The notes beneath the pieces were generated by a model, which had not been told where the DNA came from, ran no database searches, and was given only the letters and a program-made list of their open reading frames with translations. Below are positions 60,237 through 64,000 of a stretch of 64,000 nt of DNA, piece by piece (the stretch's first letter is position 1; each line of letters opens with the position of its first letter). The position numbers and the translations under genes are program-made. Source of the DNA: a bacterium (GTDB taxonomy: Bacteria > SAR324 > JACQKK01); contig DATFMP010000103.1 in assembly GCA_035266845.1 (NCBI GenBank), positions 42,891 to 106,890 of the forward strand, written 5' to 3'.

Positions 60237-60701
60237 CTAATCCGGTATGCCTTCGCGCACGCCGCGCACGGCCGCGCCGATCTCCCCGGCGTCCATGGCC
60301 AGTTCCATCAGCGCCACGTGCTCTTGCCAGGCCTGGGGCGGGATCTGCGCCTTCACCTCGGCTTCCGTGATGTGGTAGACGGGCAGGCCCAGCGCCACGC
60401 CCGCCAGGGCCCCGGCCCAGGAGGGGTCGCCGCTGGTCACGCTGATAGCGTAGAGGCGACTGCTGTCCACCGTGGGTGTGCCCAGCAGCACAACCAGTTC
60501 GCCGGAGGAGTGCCGCTCGGCCGTGGTCTTGATCTCTTCCTGACCCTCCAGGTCAAGTGCGCCGGCGGACGTTCACACGAAGCAGTAGGTCTTCTCCAGC
60601 ACCACCTCCGCCCCTAGCTCCCGCGCGCAGGCGGCGATGGCCGCCCCCTGCACGCCGTCGCGCTCGCCCAGGGCGATGATCTTCTTGCCGCGCAAGTCCA
60701 T
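60237..60701 (-). CDS. grdA: glycine/sarcosine/betaine reductase complex selenoprotein A, with in-frame TGA = Sec at codon 43 (60575-60573)
   Basis: My translation is MDLRGKKIIALGERDGVQGAAIAACARELGAEVVLEKTYCFV-U-TSAGALDLEGQEEIK...SGDPSWAGALAGVALGLPVYHITEAE. CFVUT and GDP-x-x-AG-x-LAGV-x-LGL-x-VYH are GrdA hallmarks. Confidence 0.85.
60539..60557 (-). promoter_or_regulatory. candidate bacterial SECIS hairpin downstream of the grdA UGA
   Basis: CUUGACC-UGGAG-GGUCAGG: a 7-bp stem with a 5-nt loop, starting 15 nt after the UGA. Confidence 0.35.
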
Positions 60702-60803
60702 GGCTAGCTCCCGCTGTTGGCTGGGCTCCCGAGCGAGCCCCCTTCTGCGCCGTTCCTATCACGCGCCGCACCGCGTGGATAGCTGGCGCGGCCATACCCT
60801 CCG

Positions 60804-62294
60804 CTACTCCCCCAGCGCCGGATTGCGCTCCAGCAGCAGGGAGAGGCCGTCGCTGAGCTGGGTCATGCGGCCCAGGAAGAGGCTGCCCTTGGCCAGCAGC
60901 AGCACGCGCCGGTAGCGGCCGTCGCGCAGGCCCTCCAGCGCGTGACCCAGGAAGGGCAGCGCCGAGGCGATGTGCCCCTGGGTGGGCGAAAAACCGGGCA
61001 TGCCGTGCCGCGCCACGAAAGCAGGCAACTCCGCCGGCGGCAGCTCGCCGTGCAGGGCGGCCAGCCCCGCGATGACGCGGTAGTTCAGCGCGGGCACGTC
61101 GCCGCTGCCGGCAGGCTCGGTCAGCTCCGGGTTGTGCAGCTCGGTGGCGTACTTGTCCACGTCCGCGAAGCGCAGACCCTGCGCCGCCAGGGGCTGGGCC
61201 ACCAGCGCCTCGAAGATGGCCTGCTGCGAGGCGCCCGCGGCCACGCTGTGGCGCCCCAGCGCATCCAGCCGCAGGCGCGGGGAGCGCCCGTCGTCGCGCT
61301 CCACCAGCACGGCCGCGGCGGCCAGCGTGTCCTCCAGGATAGGCTGGTCGTGCCGCAGGTGCCCGGCGTACTTCATGCCCAGCTTGGCCAGCGAGCACCC
61401 GCCGACCACGGCCACACGCGGGAACACGCCCGCGGCCACCAGGCTCCCCGCCAACACCAGCGCGTGCAGGGGCCCCGCGCAGAACGCCTTCACGTCCGCC
61501 CCCGTGGCGGCCTGCAGCCCGCACAGCTCCGCGACGGCCTTGGCCAGGTTGCCGCCGCCGCGCTGATAGCGGTCGCCCACCGCCTCCTCGCCGCTGTTGA
61601 GCACGTAGCCGATGTCGCCCGGCGCGATGCCCTCCGCCGCCAGCAGACCGCCCAGCGCCAGGGCCGCGCTGGCCTTGCAGGCCAGGTTCTCCAGCAGCAC
61701 GTCCGCGCTCAGGGTGGCGTCCTCGGCATGATCGGCGCGGATGCAGCCCACCAGCCGCCCCTCGCGCGTGTGTAGGGGCAGCGCGGGCAGTCCGCCGTGC
61801 AGCCGGGTCTGTAGCGCCTCGGCGCTCAGCCCAGCGCCCAATCGCTCCAGCAGCGCGGGGGTGACCTGCCCGTGGCGCTCCAGCGCGGGCCGCACCTCCG
61901 CCACAAAATCGGCGGCGAGGGACACCAGGTCCGCTGCGTCGGCCAGCTTCAGCCATGCCAGGAACTCTGCCTCGGGCATGATCTCGCCGTGGGGTCCCTC
62001 GCGCGACGCCTCCGGCGGGAAAGCGGCCGCGAACCAGGGCCGCGGCAGCCCGGCCAGGGCGTCCGGGTGCAGCCTGCCGATCATGGCTTGGTTGGGGGGA
62101 TAGGCGAGCGCCGCGGGAAAGTCGCGCAGGTGTGCCGCGATGCGCTCGGCCAGCGGGGCAGCAGCTTCGGCGGGGGCCGCGCTCTCCGCCGCGAGGTCGC
62201 GCGCGGGCTTGGAGCCCTCGCGCACAAGCCCCGGCGTGTGCGCCAGGAAGAAGTGCGCGGCGCGGATGACGGGCAGGGAGGCGGCTGCGGTCAC
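60804..62294 (-). CDS. grdC: glycine reductase complex component C beta subunit-like (GrdC)
   Basis: VIRAAHFFLAHTPGLV, YPPNQAMIG, GEIMPEAEF, LENLACKAS, EEAVGDRYQRGGGNLAKA, AFCAGPLHAL, AKLGMK, PILED, TQGHI, KGSLFLGRMT. This matches my recollection of GrdC. Confidence 0.75.
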   Translation of the reverse strand: MTAAASLPVIRAAHFFLAHTPGLVREGSKPARDLAAESAAPAEAAAPLAERIAAHLRDFPAALAYPPNQAMIGRLHPDALAGLPRPWFAAAFPPEASREGPHGEIMPEAEFLAWLKLADAADLVSLAADFVAEVRPALERHGQVTPALLERLGAGLSAEALQTRLHGGLPALPLHTREGRLVGCIRADHAEDATLSADVLLENLACKASAALALGGLLAAEGIAPGDIGYVLNSGEEAVGDRYQRGGGNLAKAVAELCGLQAATGADVKAFCAGPLHALVLAGSLVAAGVFPRVAVVGGCSLAKLGMKYAGHLRHDQPILEDTLAAAAVLVERDDGRSPRLRLDALGRHSVAAGASQQAIFEALVAQPLAAQGLRFADVDKYATELHNPELTEPAGSGDVPALNYRVIAGLAALHGELPPAELPAFVARHGMPGFSPTQGHIASALPFLGHALEGLRDGRYRRVLLLAKGSLFLGRMTQLSDGLSLLLERNPALGE

Positions 62295-62358
62295 GGGTTC
62301 GCTCGCGCGGAGGAGACGCAGAGGAGGGCGGCGTCCCTGGCGGCCCGACGTTCAGGGC

Positions 62359-63204
62359 TCAGACGGGCCCGTGCGCGCCGTTCTCCATGGGGGTGCTGTC
62401 GCTGTTGGCCCACTCCTTCATGGAGCCATCGAAGTTGCGCACACGCGGGAACCCCAGCAGGGTCAGCACTAAGGCCGCCTGGGAGGCGCGGATGCCCGCC
62501 TGGCAGTGCGTGATCACCTCGTGCTCCGGCGTGATGCCGACTTTGCTCAGCCCGGCGCGCAATTCGTCCGCCGGCCGGAACATGCGGCGCTCATCTTCGG
62601 CGAGGCTGTTGATCCACTCCCAATGCATCGCGCCGGGAATGTGGCCGGTGCGCCGATTGCCCCAGGGGTTGTGCCCCGCCCATTCGGACTGGTTGCGCAC
62701 GTCCAGCACCTGCACGTCCGGATCGTCCAGGTGCTTGAGGACGTAGTCCACGCGTGCCAGCACGGCCTGGTTCGGGTGCGGAGAAAAGCGCGCGGGCGGC
62801 CGCTGCTTCAGGTTCAGCGAGACCGGCCAGCCCTCGGCGCGCCAGCGGTGCCAGCCGCCGTTGAGCACGCGCACCTTGGCGTGGCCATAGTAGGTGAGCA
62901 CCCACCACACGCGAGCCGCGGCCATGCCACCGTGCCGGTCGTACAGCACGACGGTGGTCTCCTTGGTGATGCCGAGCTGGCCCATGGCCTGGGCGAAGCG
63001 CTGCCGATCCACCACGTGCAGCGGGTCGTCCGGATCCTTCAGGGAGAAGTGAACCGGCAACGCCACGGCACCTGGGATGTAGGCCCAGGTGTGGCCATGA
63101 CCGCCCGAGCAGTCCACGATGCAGAGATCCGGATCGTCCCGCACCGAGTCCAGCCACTCCGGATCGGCCAACAACTCCTGCCGATCGTAGTTTGATGCCT
63201 CCAT
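62359..63204 (-). CDS. two-domain rhodanese sulfurtransferase (SseA/thiosulfate-3-mercaptopyruvate type)
   Basis: Tandem rhodanese domains. Active-site loop HCQAGIRAS. YIPGA and HIPGA motifs. GSMKEW ending. Confidence 0.85.
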   Translation of the reverse strand: MEASNYDRQELLADPEWLDSVRDDPDLCIVDCSGGHGHTWAYIPGAVALPVHFSLKDPDDPLHVVDRQRFAQAMGQLGITKETTVVLYDRHGGMAAARVWWVLTYYGHAKVRVLNGGWHRWRAEGWPVSLNLKQRPPARFSPHPNQAVLARVDYVLKHLDDPDVQVLDVRNQSEWAGHNPWGNRRTGHIPGAMHWEWINSLAEDERRMFRPADELRAGLSKVGITPEHEVITHCQAGIRASQAALVLTLLGFPRVRNFDGSMKEWANSDSTPMENGAHGPV

Positions 63205-63272
63205 CGATCTCGCGCGGTGATCGTGGGTTCCCCCCCAACGATGGCGCGGGTCAGGCCTCCATCTCGCTGTTA

Positions 63273-64000
63273 TTATTCGATGCAACTCAGGCTGTTGAAT
63301 CCGTAATGGTCATCGTAGCGCCAGGGTGGCGGCAGCCGCCCTGCCGCGGGCACCAGCACGTCCCTGCCGGTACCCGCGCGCCGGTCACCTTGGATCGCCT
63401 TTTCCGGCAGCCCGATCACGCGCTGCACAGGGGCTGCATCCGGGATCTCCAGCGTGCGGTTGTTGAAGAAGCTGGTGCTGACGATGGCGTCGGCCTCCGG
63501 CAGCGGCTCCAGCATGGTGGGCGCGCCTTCCGTGGCGTCGTCCTCGCTGGTCAGAAAGACCGTCTTGATCCCGAGGCGCTCGCAGGCCTGCACGGTGCGG
63601 ATCACCTCGATGAACTCGTTGCCGCCGGCATCCCAGGTCACGATGGCTCCGTCCGCGCCCAGGGTTTGCGCCAGCTTGGCGGTCTGATTGGCCATAAGCT
63701 GCTTCTCGTGCTGCGTCGTCCACTCCGTGCGCAGCACGATGTCCCCCAGGAAGTTCCAGTCCAGCCCATGGCGCCGCAGCAGGTCCATGTGCAGCGGATT
63801 GTTGGCCACGGCCCAGGACATGGCAAAGGCAGTGCGGTACGAGCCCGTCAACGCCCCATCCAGCACCTCGTTGGGGTGCAGATACCAGGGTGGGGTGAGT
63901 TGGGTGAGCCCGTAGGTGGCCGTTCCGTAGGCCGTCGGCGATCCACTCATCGCCTGCGGCGAGTGCACGCACCAGATGTAGATCACGTTGGGAAGCTGCG
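63273..64000 (-). CDS. glycine/sarcosine/betaine reductase component B alpha/beta-type subunit (GrdE/GrdG/GrdI family), C-terminal part only; N-terminus beyond window
   Basis: The frame stays open to the window end. HPNEVLDGA, NNPLHMDLLRRHG-x-x-NF-x-G, AKLAQTLGADGAIVT, CERLGIKTVFLTSE follow the family pattern as I recall it. Confidence 0.6.
   Translation of the reverse strand, partial: QLPNVIYIWCVHSPQAMSGSPTAYGTATYGLTQLTPPWYLHPNEVLDGALTGSYRTAFAMSWAVANNPLHMDLLRRHGLDWNFLGDIVLRTEWTTQHEKQLMANQTAKLAQTLGADGAIVTWDAGGNEFIEVIRTVQACERLGIKTVFLTSEDDATEGAPTMLEPLPEADAIVSTSFFNNRTLEIPDAAPVQRVIGLPEKAIQGDRRAGTGRDVLVPAAGRLPPPWRYDDHYGFNSLSCIE

Overview
Very GC-rich chromosomal segment (third codon positions almost all G/C) from a diderm bacterium, shown by lpxC, a GT9 heptosyltransferase, a porin, an OMP ending in Phe, and two sigma-54 activators. 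I call about 60 protein genes, tRNA-Ser(GGA), tRNA-Phe(GAA), RNase P RNA and one cobalamin riboswitch. I saw no transposase, integrase, phage genes, rRNA or CRISPR array. Housekeeping blocks: pepF-folP; an LPS-core-like block (HD hydrolase, GT2, GT9, lysophospholipase); rodZ-mtnP; mreBCD-mrdA-maf; gltA; lpxC. Items worth follow-up: (1) a TPP-dependent E1 alpha/beta dehydrogenase whose alpha subunit has a textbook twin-arginine signal. It has no E2/E3 nearby and is followed by two paralogous periplasmic monohaem cytochromes c and an MBOAT/DltD-like pair. (2) A non-canonical glycine/betaine-reductase-like cluster: GrdE/GrdI-like, two-domain rhodanese, GrdC, GrdA. grdA carries an in-frame TGA (selenocysteine) that split it in the ORF track. 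(3) A cobalamin riboswitch controlling an operon made only of lipoproteins/secreted proteins. (4) A perfect sigma-54 promoter (TGGCAC-N5-TTGCA) upstream of lpxC. (5) A module of bactofilin, TPR protein, histidine kinase and NtrC-type regulator. (6) An XPB-like helicase with a DUF790/Bax1-like partner. All family assignments rest on motif recognition by eye and need HMM/BLAST confirmation. Most long ORFs antisense to real genes are high-GC shadow ORFs and were rejected.
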